Below are positions 1 to 13,908 of a stretch of 64,000 nt of DNA, in pieces. The position numbers and the translations under genes were made by a program. Origin of the DNA: Eledone cirrhosa (taxonomy: Eukaryota); contig OZ024750.1 in the NCBI GenBank assembly GCA_964016885.1, positions 5,208,001 through 5,272,000 of the forward strand. Direction: 5' to 3'. The notes under the pieces were generated by a model. The model did no database searches and had not been told where the DNA came from. It was given only the letters and a program-made list of their open reading frames with translations. Positions within the stretch are counted from its first letter, which is position 1. Every line of letters starts with the position of its first letter.

Positions 1-1883
1 ACAATTAGTTTTCTAGTGTCACTACTGCACTAGATTCCCTAAAAACACCGGATGAAGAGTTTTTTTGCCTAATAACTCTATTCAGACATATGATGTGAAT
101 AGAATTATTAAAACATCCCCAGTATTTCACTGGGATTTTATTTTATCAACCTCTCAATATTTGCCTGAAACTTTATTATCACCAGTACTTGACTGATATC
201 AACCTCTCAAAGATGAAAGGCAAAGTTGTCCTCAATGTGATTTACACTTAGATCACAAAGGATTGTAAATAATACCACAAGGTACCTAGGACTAATAATG
301 ATTCTGCCAATCCACTACCAATAATATTGTTCCCAATTTAGGTGCAAGGAGAGCAATATTTTGAGGTGGTGATAAGTTGATTACATCAAACCTTTATTTG
401 ACTGCGACTGTATTTTATCATCCAAAGAAAGATGAAGAACAAATTTGACCTTAGTGGGAGTTGAATTCAGAATGTAAAGGGCCATAACTTAGTTGCACAA
501 GCTATTATGTTCAACACTAACAATAAAATCAATAAAAAAAGCAAAGCAAATAATATAATGAACATATAATTTTATATATTAATCAATTTAGTTTACCTTT
601 GTTGAGCTAAAGGCAGCAGGTAAAAGGTGATGCTATATATACCTGTTGGTGAAGTATGCCGAGAGATGAAACAAAGTGAACATATTGAGCTAACAGATAT
701 AATTTCAGAACTAGATGAGAATATATTTTCATGGTTCAGGTAATCATGATAAACAAAAAATACAGTAGAAAACCATATAATTTTTTACTGTTGAATAATA
801 TTTTCGTTTTCTATTTCAACCATTTCCATACCAAACTGTCTGAAACTACCCCTAGTTCTATGATACAAAGCTGTTGGTTTTAAAACATTTATATTTATCT
901 AAAAACTGTCCATCATAATTTTATGTAAGAACCTTTGTTATGTTATATTTTAAATGACAGATTAACAATGAGAAATAGTTATATTATTAAATCCCTTAAA
1001 ATTGTTATTTTCAAAATTAATTTTAAAATCATAGGCAGTTTTTTGGGGGTTTTTTTTTAAATATGGTAATGGAATGATTAAACTTTAGCTTCAATTAATG
1101 GTAAACAAATTCATTATTTGGGGAAAAGAATATTAGAAAATAATTATTCAGTCATAATATTTCTCAACAGCAGGAATCACTTGAATTAAAAGAATACCAC
1201 GAATTTATAATCATGTAAAACGATGAGATAACAAGCCATGCTATGTCTATGATCATCTTTATGCAGTTTCAATTGTTACTGAGGAACCAAGAATCAGCAG
1301 TAGAGATCAGCTCTGACAATCTTTCAACAGAACAAAAAAAAATATGGAAATTCAAATGTTAGTTTGTCACTAGAATTTGTCAAATTACTATTGAGATTTG
1401 AAAACTTTGACCCTTTTGATAACAAACTAACCTGAAACTATCCCTGGTTCTATGATACTGAACTGTTTATATTTATCTAAAACACTTTCATCATAATTCT
1501 ATGTAAGAACCTTTGTTAAGTTGTGCTCCAAACACCAATTTAATAATGAGAAAATTTATATTACTAAATGCCTTCAAATACTTGATTTTTAAAATAAACA
1601 ATAAAAATTATAAGTAATATCTTTCATTAGAAATATAGTAACAAATGGGTTAAATTGTTTATATTTATCTAAAAACGTATCATAATTTTATGTATGAAAT
1701 TTTGCTACATCATGTTCCAAATACAAACTTCTTAACAAGAAAATTAATTATATTACTAAATCCCTTCAAATTCTCGATGCTAAGACATGAGATGTAAATA
1801 TATAATATTGATTTCCCTGGGCCACTCAGAAAATAAATGTTTTCAATAAATCAAATATGTTAATTTCATTATTGTGACACCTG

Positions 1884-1919
<36 letters not shown>

Positions 1920-2049
1920 CCTTTCTGAATGTGGGTGTGTGAATATATACATATACATAAATATATACACACACACATCCACATACATATGTATACAAGT
2001 TTGTTAGTAAGGCACTTACTTATCCAGGCGAATAAATACTGTGAGTTTA

Positions 2050-2237
2050 ATAATTGTTTCTACTTTTGGCACAAGGCCAGCAATTATCCCAGTGTATTAC
2101 TGGTACTTTATTTTATCGACCCCGTAAGGATGAAAGACAAAGTTAACCTCAGCGGGATTTGAACTCAGATCATAAAGGGAGGTAACTCTATGCTTCAAAG
2201 CATGGCGCCCGACCCTCTACCAATACTGCCAATCCAC
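2050..2237 (-). mobile_element. SINE family 1 copy
   Basis: Reverse complement of the 22627-22835 element. Confidence 0.8.
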
Positions 2238-3804
2238 AATGATTGCTTAGTCTTTTAATCACTACTCAGTGTGTGTGTGTGTGTATTTATATATATGTCT
2301 ATGTATATACATTCATACATATACATACATACGATGGTTGCAACTTGATTTCGAGTAATGCCATTGCTTGATACTTAAGCATGAACATCATGAATGTGGC
2401 TTTTTAGTCCTGCTAGGGTCTTGCCTATGGCCAGCAATACCATGCATCGTAAAAAATGCCACATATCAGGCGATGCCTGTGCTTGAAGCTTTTTTTAAGT
2501 GAGGAGAAGCTTTGTACAAAGCCAATCCCAGTCTCTGAACACCATATATATATATAATTGAGGAAGCTATGTAAGGATGGCTGACTAGATGACATACAGA
2601 AAGGGAAAGACAAAAAAAAAGCAACAACACCAGGCTGGTTTGGAGCAGAAAAATGTCCAAAAACAACAATTAAACTGGAGAAGAAACTGCAGCCCAGAGA
2701 GATCTTATATCTTAAAGAACATTTGTATCTAAAACCTGCAACTATGGTGCTTTGAAGGAGCATGGCTTAATGGTTAAGGTGTTTCAGCCTATGACTGTAA
2801 GGTCTTGAGTTCCATTCCTAGTAATGTGTTATGTCATCCAGCAATACTCTCAGGTCTCGAATAATCATCCCCACCCACGATTATTAAATTTTGTTGATCT
2901 ATCTCCAGCAAAATTTTATTTTAAGTGGTAGCATTCTTATAAGTATCATGTGATAATTCTTATAGCCTTGGGTTGAGCAATACCACCTTGGGCAAGTGTC
3001 TTCTACTTAGGTTGATGAATGCTTTGTAAGTGGAATTTGGTAGACAGAAACTACAAATGCCCATCATACATACATATATATATTCCCCGCCACATACACC
3101 TTATTTACATTGGTGTCTACATTTGTATTTTAATCCCATCACTTAACAGTTCAACAAAAAGAGAGATTGATAAAATAGGTACCAGACTTGAAAAAAAAAA
3201 AAAAGTACTGGTGTTGATATAATAAACTAAATCAAGGCAGTGCCCCAGCATTGCCACAGTCTCATAACTGAAACCAGTAAAAGAATAAAGTGAAATTACA
3301 ATGACATATATAACAACAACAACAACATAAGGGAAATAAAGGTTTGTAAATAGATATAGGGAGCAGAGTTTCTAAAATGGTGAATTCTCTATTGGTTTTG
3401 ATCAAATGAATGTCTGGTTCATGAATTAATGTGTAAAGTGGTTGAGTATACCACAGACACATATACCCATAATGACACAATAGGGGCAATTACAAGAACA
3501 ATTGGGCTTCAATATAGTTCCTATCTACTAGATTTCCCTCACATGACTTGGGTCAACCCAAGGCTATGGTAAAGACACTTGCCTAAGACGCTACACAGTG
3601 GAATTGAACTCCAGACTGCATGATTATGAAGTAATCTGTGTACACCTCATGATACTGATCATTCAGAGTGTACTGGGTGCATTTTATTGTGGCAGCAACA
3701 CAATCATCATTATTTAACATCCATTTTTTTGTGTTGGCATGGATACACTCATACATATATATTAGCATATCATCATCATCATCACTGTTTAATGTCTACT
3801 TTCA

Positions 3805-4080
3805 GCAGGATTTGAACTCAGACCGTAAAGGGCCGTAACTCTATGCTACAAAGCAGAGTGTCCGACGCTCTACCGATACTGCCAATCTACCGGCCTTAAT
3901 AATTGTTTCTACTTTTGGCACAAGGCCAGAAATTACCCAGCGCATTACTGGTACTTTATTTTATTGACCCCGTAAGGATGAAAGGCTAAGCTAACTTCGG
4001 CGGGATTTAAACTCAGAACGTAAAGGGCCATAACACTATGCTGCAAAGCTTGGTGTCTGACGCTCTACCGATTACTGCCT
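3805..4080 (-). mobile_element. Two adjacent SINE family 1 copies
   Basis: A partial copy followed by a near-full copy. Confidence 0.78.
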
Positions 4081-6687
4081 AGTAGTAAAGTCCCTTGCTA
4101 AAGGAAGGGAGAAGGGTTGAAATATGTAGGAGAAGGGAAATGTCGTTATCTAAGTATGATTACATTGATTTAGGTAAAGGTTTGGGTTCAATGGTCAGAT
4201 GTAATTGATTATTGAAATGGCTGGTGTGTCTGTGAGAGTGAGTGTGTGTCTTGTAGAAAATCATAAATAATATAAAATAAGCAAAAAGACTGTAACGGAA
4301 GATATGACTGAGACAGAGAGGGGGAAGGTGAGATTGAGAGGGGGAGGTGGGGCAGAGAGAAGGGGAGTGGGGGTATATGACTGAAGAACAAAATGATGAT
4401 ATTGAGATAGATTATGATTTAGATAGAAAATAAAATGGAGGCAGAAATGGAAACTAACTCCAAAATAATAAAATTAGTGACCTTCCAAAATAATAAAAGT
4501 GACCTTGACCTTCCAAAACATTAGAATGACCGTGACCTTTCAAAACAATAGCATGACCTTTATAACCTTTCAAAAGAAACTTATTCTATGGAACCAATGC
4601 AATCCTAATTTCTCTGCAGTGATGTTATAGAAGGAAAATAGATTGATGGACGGATTGTTTTTAACCATTTTCTCAGAGAGGGAAAGGCAGAGCTCTTAAC
4701 CTTTTATTTTTGTCAGGGATTCCAATGCTGAAGAGAAGAATCTTCAAACTGAAGACCTGGCTTCAGTGCTTGTAACACAATGAACTCTGCTAAAAGTACT
4801 CAAGAAACAGGTGTTAAACCAGGTGACTGATTAAATCTACCACACAGGTGAGCCACACAAGAACCAGGTAGTGATGTTAAACTAGGTGACTGATTAAATA
4901 TATCACACAAGAACCAGGTAAAGGTGTTCCAATTAATTTAATTAATGGAACAGTCTGCTTGTGAAATTAAAGTACAACTACTGAGCATTCTACAGATATG
5001 TACACCTTCAACATAGTTCTGAGAGAGATTCAGTACGACACAATACAAGATAAAGTTGGTCCTTTCAATTAGAGCTACAACAGCTGAGTGGAATAATGTG
5101 AAATAAAGCACCTTACTCAAGGACAAAATATGCTGCTAGAAATTGAACTTACAGCGGTATGATAATGAACTGAACACTCTAACCTTTAAGCCATGTGACT
5201 TCATTTCTGGGAACTAATAACTATTAATCTCACAAAGTCTTCCTTAATTGGAGGACAAAACAAAAAAAATATATTTTTCAGACAGGATAAGAAGACATTG
5301 TAAAGTATAGAATATGAACAGTGAGAAGAAGAGATTATAGAAAAATATAAATTACAGCATGAATTTCTCCTAATCATTCAATGAAAAATATGTCACTGTT
5401 TTATTGAGTTTTCCAATAATGAAAAAGGGATATTTAGATGTCATTTTTACATCTGATTCCAAATATATACAACCATATTGAAAATTAATTTTGCAGCTGC
5501 CACACATTGTTGTATGAGCTTTGGATACCAACCAGACCGAAACTCTGTAGAGTTTTATAATACAAAACCTTGTTAGGATATGATCTTAGCTTGGGCCATA
5601 TTGACCAATGGCTGGGACCCTAGTCTTTCAAGTATTTGGATCTCTCTTTAATCATTGGAGCCATAGGGCACATCTAAGTGCATCAGAAAGCATTGATGGG
5701 TCCCTAGTCCTTGCAGGGTATCTAGACATCAACCTCGTTAGCCTGATGAATAATACAACCCTAACCTTAATACTATCATAATAATGAAACGGTCAGTTAT
5801 TTTACTAAATTCTTCCAAATTCTAGCTTATTTTTTAATCTAATCCACATTAAACATGTATTTTATACTTCATTAGAAAGTTGATGAAAGAGTGAAACATT
5901 AACATATTAAAATGATAGGTGAACTAATGTTATTTGAGGGCCTATAACTGAACCACCCCTGGTTTTATGTTACAAAACTGTTTCTTTTAAAGGTTTATTT
6001 ATCTAAAAAACCTTCCATCATAATTTTATGTTAAGAACTTTTGTCAAATTATGTTCCAAACACCAGCTTACTAATGAGAAAGTTAGTTATATTACTAATT
6101 ACTAATCCCTCCAAAGTGATTTGAAAATCATAGGTAGTCTTTCATTAGAAATATGGTAATGAAAAGAGTTAAAACTTTATAATAATCACCGGAATCCTGG
6201 AACCCTGCATCATAGATGTCAATCATTAGAGTTAATTAGACAATATTTTTACTCTTATAGTAAAAAAAAAAAAAAAAATCAATAAAAATATATTGTAAGA
6301 AACTAAAAGGGTTGGCGCCAGGAAAGGCATCCAGCTGTAAATCATTGTCTCAAAAAGGACCTCATAATGAGTATGAAGTCTGTCATGGAACCCATAAGAC
6401 CAAGCCCTGTTTTAGCAGGGAAAATGGCCTTGAATTGCTGGTGGTTGTTGTAAGAAACTATAGTTACAAAATAATTTGGATTTTGGATTTTTTTTTTTAA
6501 TTTAATTTTTTATACTCAATGTGTTTGAATTTACGGAAACTTTCACACTGGGACAACAGACAATAAAGACTTACATGTACTATTGTATTAAAGGAAAATA
6601 TACAAGGTATAGTGAACATATATCTATATATATATTTAGTTTTTTTTTGTTGTAAAAATAGGACTATTAAAGAAGTGTCATATTTAA

Positions 6688-6914
6688 CCCTTTTGATAGA
6701 AAATCGTCAGAAACCGCCTCTGGTTCTGATTCAGAAATGTTTGTTTTAAAGTGTCTAAATTTATCTAAAAACCTTCCATCATAATTTTACGTAAGAAACA
6801 TTATGTTCCAAACACAGTTTAATTATGAGAAAATTAGTTATATTACGAAAGCCTTTCAAAATTAATTGAAAGTCACAGGCAGCATTTTTTGTTAGAAATT
6901 TGGTAAAATAGGGG
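6688..6914. mobile_element. piggyBac-like MITE family A (about 230-260 bp), representative copy
   Basis: TTAA|CCCTTTT...GGGG|TTAA. Related copies at about 820-1080, 1410-1650, 5950-6170, 10485-10716, 14470-15097, 27788-27990, 42690-42830, 53640-53871, 60200-60412 and 61455-61580. Confidence 0.75.
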
Positions 6915-8120
6915 TTAAAATGATAATGAGGTTAAAGGGAAAATATACAAGAAACATATCTATATATATTTTGTTTTTGTAAAAATAAGACTATTAAAGA
7001 ATTATGATGTTTACTGATAAAATCATGAACACACACAATTACAGTCAAGAAAAAATAATCTTAAAAAAAAAAACCTTGTTAAACAGAAATAATTGAAACA
7101 GATTAAATCTACCTATCTAGTTTTATAAATGAACTACAAAAACTAGGAATTTTAACATTATAAATGTAAGTCAATGGAAAGACAAATGGAAATATAGTTC
7201 CCTTGGTCTGATCTGACAATTGGTTCCTTCTATCTAAATTACATGAATCATTCTTTTACGTATGGAAGTCCATGTGTACTTCCTGCCTTGTGGTTCCAGT
7301 GAACAGGAGGGAGAAAGCGCTACCCTGAAGTATGGCGAGAGAGATGAGTTTGAACAGCCATTCCAACTCGCTCCTACCTGTAGCCAACTCTGCTCCAGTA
7401 GTGATGAGTAGAATATGGTGGTCGAGTGGTCAATAATGCCAAAGTTACCACTGCTACAGGTTTGACCACAAACATATCAAAGAGCAACCAATATTTCAAC
7501 AGTTTGCCCTCTGCAGGAGGTATCCAGCACTCTAACAACATGCTACTGGGTGGAGGCCCAAGAGAGCCTACATTGGACTTAAGATTACAACTGTCATTAT
7601 TTTGAAGCAATAACCCTGTGCTACTCTCCTGGGGAAATTATATTAACTTTAGGCCAAGACTTCATTCAATTTGGCTAAATTCTTTGTTCACAACTTAAAT
7701 TTCACTTTATAAACATAACAACACTTTATAAATATAGTAGGTAGAATAATGACAGGTTAGAAAAAGTTCAGGGAGCTACTACCTTAGTTGACAACAAAGG
7801 GATTTTTTCGCCAAATGAAAAGATGCCTGCGTGGAAAGTGCAGCGTTGCATGAGAGTGTAACATGGGTAGTAAATATAGAAGATATGTGAAGGCTGGAAA
7901 GAAACAAAGTGAGCATGTTTCTGTGTATGTGTGATGTTAGTGTACATGAATGACCAAGAGTAGATGGGCTGAGAGAAAAACAGAGTATAAGAGCAATCAA
8001 ATGTAGTGTGCAAGAAAGAAGACTGCTTATATGGACATGTGATGATGATGATTACATGGAGGATGATGGTTGGGTGAATAAGTGCCAGTAGATATCAGGA
8101 GGAAGAGGAAAGTTGATTAA

Positions 8121-8328
8121 CCCTTTAGCATTTAAACTGACTGTATCCGTGCAACATTCTCTCACCACTTTCTGTTCAAACTGGCCATAACTGGCTGCTC
8201 ATACTGATGTTAAGGTATTGTTCTCAAAATAAATAATATCAAAATCTCGTAGATTCGATATTATGTGAGATAAAGCCTTTACCATAAAAATACAATAGTA
8301 AATATAGAGTAACGTAAATACTAAAGGG
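8121..8328. mobile_element. piggyBac-like MITE family B
   Basis: TTAA|CCCTTTAGCATTTA...TAAATACTAAAGGG|TTAA, inserted at a TTAA inside a SINE remnant. Copies at about 14265-14465 and 16100-16305. Confidence 0.8.
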
Positions 8329-8620
8329 TTAAATCAACCCCAGTCCTTGATAGGTGTTTTTTTTTATCAACTATGAAAGGATGAAAGGCAAAGTCAACTT
8401 TGCCTTTCATCTTTTCATAGTTGATAAAAAAATCTACGACCCCAACTGAAATAACTACTTATAAGAATAAACAGCAGTTTAAAGTGAAGTGTATAACAAT
8501 TGATTTCAGCATGATGAGGGGAAGACACAGTTTCAAATTGTAGAAGCAGCAGTTGGTTTTGGGGTGATGGTTTTTGTTAGATTAGTTTAGGGTGATGGTT
8601 TTTATTGAGTTCGTTTAGAG

Positions 8621-8937
8621 CATTGGTTCCCAACCAGGGGGCCATAGCAAGTTATTGGGGGAGCCACGGGAATTAACTAAAAATCACAAAATGTTATACA
8701 TAAAAAAGAAGAGTAGTTTCCTAACAATTTTTTCTTTTTCTTGCTTCAAATTTTTATATTCAACTTTTTATCAACTTTCTACCTTTTCTAATTATGATTT
8801 TACTTCACAAATAAAAAGACATGCCAAAATTATTTCTGCATAAGAAAATTATATCAAAGATTTTAATTTTTTGGGGGGCCATACTATTTTGCTATATCAT
8901 TAAGGTGGAATTTATTATAAAAGGTTGGGAACCGCTG
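8621..8937. mobile_element. hAT (Charlie-type) MITE
   Basis: TIRs CATTGGTTCCCAACC / GGTTGGGAACCGCTG with a perfect 8-bp target-site duplication GTTTAGAG. Confidence 0.88.
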
Positions 8938-9368
8938 GTTTAGAGGGATATTTTCTTTAGGTTTAGGTTGATGGCTTTTGTAGTTTTTTTTTGTTTTTTT
9001 GTGGCAACAAAGTGATGTAAAGCAACAAACATCACATGAAATGGATTAATAACAACAACAACAACAGTTTCTAATTTAGACACAAGACCAATTAGCAGTG
9101 AAGGGAAAGTTGATTACATTGACTGTAGTGCGTGATTGGTACTTTATTTTATCAACCCTGGAAGGTCAAGGGTTTGATTCCAGCACCAAGTGGTATGGTG
9201 TGTCTTTGAGCAAGGCACTTCATTTCATGTTGCTCCAATCTACAAAGCTCAAAAATTTAATACTAACAGCAGTTGGGGTTTAACCATGACAGTAGTAGTA
9301 GTAGTAGTAGTAGTAGTGTTTGTTGTATCAAACTAAATTTGAAAAAAAAAATAGTAAATGTTCTAAAT

Positions 9369-10044
9369 CAAAGGTTCAATATGCACCCCCGGGGGGCGTT
9401 TCGGAACTCCAGGGGGACGTTTCGGAGCAAGGTCACGTTAAGGGGGCGTTTGGAGCTGGGGGAGGGGGGTTAGGGGGCGCTGGAAGGCTCTTTATTTTGG
9501 TAAGTTTTATAAGCCATATTTGTATGTCTTTGAGACAGCCAGTGTGAATGCATTTGAATGAGCTTGCAGACAGCATAACTATAGTCTGACCGCAGCTGTG
9601 AGCAGGTGTGCAGGCATGTCCGGTAATTGAGACCCTAAAAATAGAAAAACCCACAGTCAACTGGGTCAAAGACACTTTGAGCGCAGCCAGTTAGAATCTT
9701 ATCTATCCTTCACCGATAACAATGTATTTCATGTCTGAAATTATTGACTCAGCTGCAACGAGTTAACACTATGTAGATCTATTGTATTCCCTATTGTATA
9801 AATAATATTACAAATAAAAAAAAAAGAAAAGAAAAAACAGAAGCAAGTAGCACACACATCTAGGACCACATACAACACATAATCAGATAATACACACATC
9901 TTTGGAATATTGTTAATCAATTTTTTAGTAATCTACTGATATAAAAATCAGTAGTATATTGAAAAATGGAAAAATAGGGAGGGGGGGGTCGTGATTTCGA
10001 GGGACAAAAGGGGGTGTTTGGCCTAAATGGGTTGAGAACCTGTG
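9369..10044. mobile_element. hAT-type non-autonomous element
   Basis: Termini CAAAGGTTC / GAACCTGTG, 8-bp TSD TTCTAAAT on both sides, G-rich subterminal repeats. Confidence 0.75.
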
Positions 10045-13000
10045 TTCTAAATTAACAAGGAAGGGACTGTGTGTACATAGTTTAGAATAGGTACACCATA
10101 TCTAGTTTTGAATAGGTACACTGTATCCCTGCATGCTGTAAGAGGTGGCCCATAGAGCTGGCACCAGGAAGGGCATCTTGCCATAAAATATTGCCTCTAA
10201 AAGGACCCTATGTCACATGACCTGCAAGACAAACCACTGCATTAATTGGGGGGAGGGATCTTAAAACACTTGTATATTGTAAAGAGAGAAAGATAGAAAT
10301 AATATGAAGTGTTGGTTAGTAGGAAATGAAATGTAAAAATAAAAGTAGTTTAATTCTAGAGGCCTGAGGTTTGCTGGAAAATAGTCTCAATTTTTGGAAG
10401 CACATGAAGAAAAAGGTTCAATCAGCAGGATTGATGTTATATTTGGTTCACACACAACACGTACAGATACAAAAATGCAGTTAACCCTTTTCATACAAAA
10501 CCACCTGAAACTGCCCTTAAATTCTATAAAGAAAAACTGTTTATAAGCATTTTATACTTATCTAAAAACCTTTGTTAAGTTATGTTCCAAATACCAACTT
10601 AATATGAGAAAATTAGTTATATTACTCTGAAATCCCTCCAAATTCTTGATTATTTTCAAAATCATTTGAAAATGATACACAGCTATTATTTTTCAGAAAC
10701 ATGGTTATGAAAGGATTAATTAATTAATTAAAATAGGGTTACATTGAAAAGGTCTGGTATTAGGAAAGCAACTGACAGATTTGTATTTTGTTATTTTATA
10801 AAGATCTGATCCCCACCAAAAAACACATACCACCACCACCACCATCATCATAATGATGATCACTTAATCATATTGATTTCTAATATAAGCACAAACCCTC
10901 AATTTTGATGAAGTGGGCTGGGGTAGGTGTGTACAGTTGATTATATCAGCCCCCCAAAAAAGGGACAAAAAAAAAAAAAAAGTCAGTCAACCATAGTGAG
11001 ATTTGAACTCAGAAGCTTAGTAAAAGTAATACAAATCAAATATCAAATTCCTGATATAACCATCTAATCACTGACTGAGCTGTCAATGTTTATATTAAAT
11101 ACTGCGGAGGTAGGAAGGACGAGAGGAGAGGTGACCGGGAGAAAGTGGTGGAGGTGAGAGGGCAGAAGGACTGATGAGGTGATAGGAGGAAGGTGATGAT
11201 AGTATAGAGAGTGAATAACAAAGAGGAGGAGGACAGGTGGAGGAGGGTAAGGAAGAGAATGAGATGTTTTCAGACCCTATTTTTTGGTGAGAGAAAATGG
11301 AGGAATCAACAAAGTTAATTTAGTTTGTTTCTGTTTACTATATTAACTAAACTGTATTTTATGTAATGTTGTTATTTATAAAGAGTAGAACAGGAACCAG
11401 AGATTATAAAGGTCTACAGAGGTTAGTTAGGTATATGTTGCTTTCATTTGGCTTTACAATCTTAAATCCCCACCTCTATTCCTTACCATCCTTCTCAATT
11501 ACCTCCCTTTTTTCTTTTCTCTATAATCTAATTCCTTTCTTCTCATCACTGAACCACCTTCCCATCTCACCTTAATATCATAATCATCCATCCATGGGCT
11601 CTGAACTCCTGATGGAGCCACGAGGCATTGTTATACTGATTTGAACTCACAACTTAAAGAGTCGTACCAAATACTTCAAGACATTTTGTTCAACATTCTA
11701 ACAATTCTGGCCAACCCATGGCTCTGGAGGAGGGGGGGGGGGGGGGTAAATCGACCCCAGTACTTTAACAACCTCAAAAGAATGAAAGGTAAAGTTGACC
11801 TCAGTGGGATTTGAACTCGAAGTGTAGAGAGCCAGAAAAAATACAGCAAGGTACTCTATCCAACATCTTAACAATTCTGCCGTCTTCAATATTATATATC
11901 AACATCAAATAAGCCTTCATTCCCACCACAAAAACTTATCATAGCTACTAATTTAAATATCAACTTACATGATCAAATTCTCTTTTCTCCAATATATATA
12001 TATATTATAGAAATGGCTTCTACAGAACTAGAACTGTTTCATTCAAAGGAAATCTTCAGTAGCAGTCATTTCTATATTAAAATTTTATATTCTTCTATGT
12101 ATTGAGTACCTTACTGTGGTTACCCCCGTTTGAACTCGGGATACACATATCTATATCTAAGCCTCTCAAAAAAAAATAGTGAGGGAGAACAGTAAATAAC
12201 AAATAGGGACACTGGTTAGTTAAACCAACCGAGGGTTTTTGGTTATATTACCAGCCCACCCAAATGAAAAAAAAAATTTATGTTGAGAAGGGTGGGGGTA
12301 AAACAATAGTAAAATAACAAAAAAGGATATTGCTGAACAAACCAAACCATGAAGGCCCTGGGCAGCAACCCTTCTAGATTTATCAAATAAAAACAACAAA
12401 AGAAAAAAAAAAGAGGGAAAGGATTGCAACAATAAAATGAAAAGACATTGTTGAACTAAACAAACCAAGGATTTAAAAAAAAGAAAAAAAACAGTCTCAG
12501 GCAGGGTGTGAATAAACATAGCCCCTTGCTCAAGATCCTCCACGGGGGGAAAAACAACAGTAAAACACATTTAAAAAAAAAAACAATGCTAAACCAATCC
12601 AACCATGAATTCTGTCTATCTTGATGAAAAAAAAAAAAAAAAAAAAAGAAAAAGAAAACCCTGCTAAGTAAGTCTGTGAAGGGTTACGGGCACTGTCTCT
12701 TCCTTCAGACCTTCCAAATAAGGGAGAAAAAAAATAACATTAGTATATACATATAAAATATATGTAATGTGGCCGAGTAGGTAAGACGGTAAAAACCTCC
12801 CAGTTCCACACTGTAAACGTGGTTGGTGTTAGGGAGGGCATCCAGCCGTAGAAAACCCGCCAGACAGTCCTATACGAGCAAGACAACCAATCTTGCCTCA
12901 AGTGGGAAAATTCCCGTCCAAACCCATGCTAGCGTGGAAGATGGACGTTAAACGATGATGATGATGATGAAAAGATACTGCAATGTTACAGCAACAAAGA

Positions 13001-13656
13001 AAACATTTTAGGATAGGATTTGTCAGGGAGAGGGTTAAATTGACTAACAAAAGGAACAAGGGATATTTTTATAATGGTTTCTATTGAAGGGCTGGGGGGA
13101 GTAAGGCTTTTATATCAACCCAAAAAGGATGAAAGGAAAAGTTGACGTCTACGGGATTTGAACTCAGAAACGTAAATAGCTAGAAAATAATACTGCAAAT
13201 CATTAATAATAGTAATAATAATAATTGTTTCTACTTTTGGCACAAGGCCAGCAATTACCCCCAGCGCATTACTGGTACTTTATTTTATCGACCCCCGTAA
13301 GGATGAAAGGCAAAGTTAACCTCAACTTTGCCTTTCATCCTTACAGGGTAAATAATAATAGTAATAATAATAATGGGTTCTGATTTAGGTAGCCCCAAAG
13401 CCAGCAATTTCTTTGGGAGCGAAGGGGTAATGTAAGTTGATGATATCGGCCCTAGAAGGATGAAAAGAAAGTCAGCCTCAGCAGGATTTGAACTCATGAC
13501 CTAAACAGCCATAACTAAATACTTCAAAGCATTGTACTTGATGCTCTACAGCTTCTGCCAACCAACCACCCTATAAAGGGTCTAATTTAAGCACAAGGCC
13601 AGCAATTTAGAGGAAAAGTGAAAGTTCAATAAATTGACTCCAGTACATGACTGGTA

Positions 13657-13908
13657 CTACAGATCTGGTCAGAATGTCTAAGGAAAGAATCGCTGGACAG
13701 ATTTTATGGGCAAAACCAACTGCCAGGAGACCCAGGGGTAGACCCCGAGCAAGATGGTTGGATAACATCCATGAGCTTGGCTGGTCTCGCTTGGGGGATA
13801 CTGTTGCATCAGTTGGAAACGGTTGCTTCTGACAGGCCCTGCTGGGAGGCATGATTGAAGACCCTGCCCCCGCGACCCTTTCGGGAATAAGTGGGCGAAG
13901 AAGAAGAA
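13657..13908 (+). mobile_element. RTE-clade LINE 3' end
   Basis: RRPRGRPRARWLDNI motif and (AAG)n tail. A reverse copy lies at about 14817-15020 and a related ESWVMTER...EMGFLRR fragment at about 44090-44210. Confidence 0.8.

Noticed and set aside
630-4783. Possible + strand exon pair (630-739 MLYIPVGEV...FSWFR joined to 4717-4783 DSNAEEK...VTQ*), or a - strand signal-peptide-like exon at about 643-732
   Set aside because: The phases fit, but there is no recognisable homology and no convincing in-frame upstream acceptor. It cannot be told from chance without transcripts.
5743-5800. CTGATGA...GAAAC-GGTC as a hammerhead (also CTGATGAG at about 48179 and CTGATGAA at about 58180 minus)
   Set aside because: Stems I and II cannot be formed at 5743, the 48179 site lacks GAAA, and the 58180 site is part of LINE RT coding sequence (ADEQ).
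7374-7629. Exon-like minus-strand ORF with an AG acceptor
   Set aside because: No recognisable protein family, and it overlaps a dispersed repeat also present near 34.9 kb.
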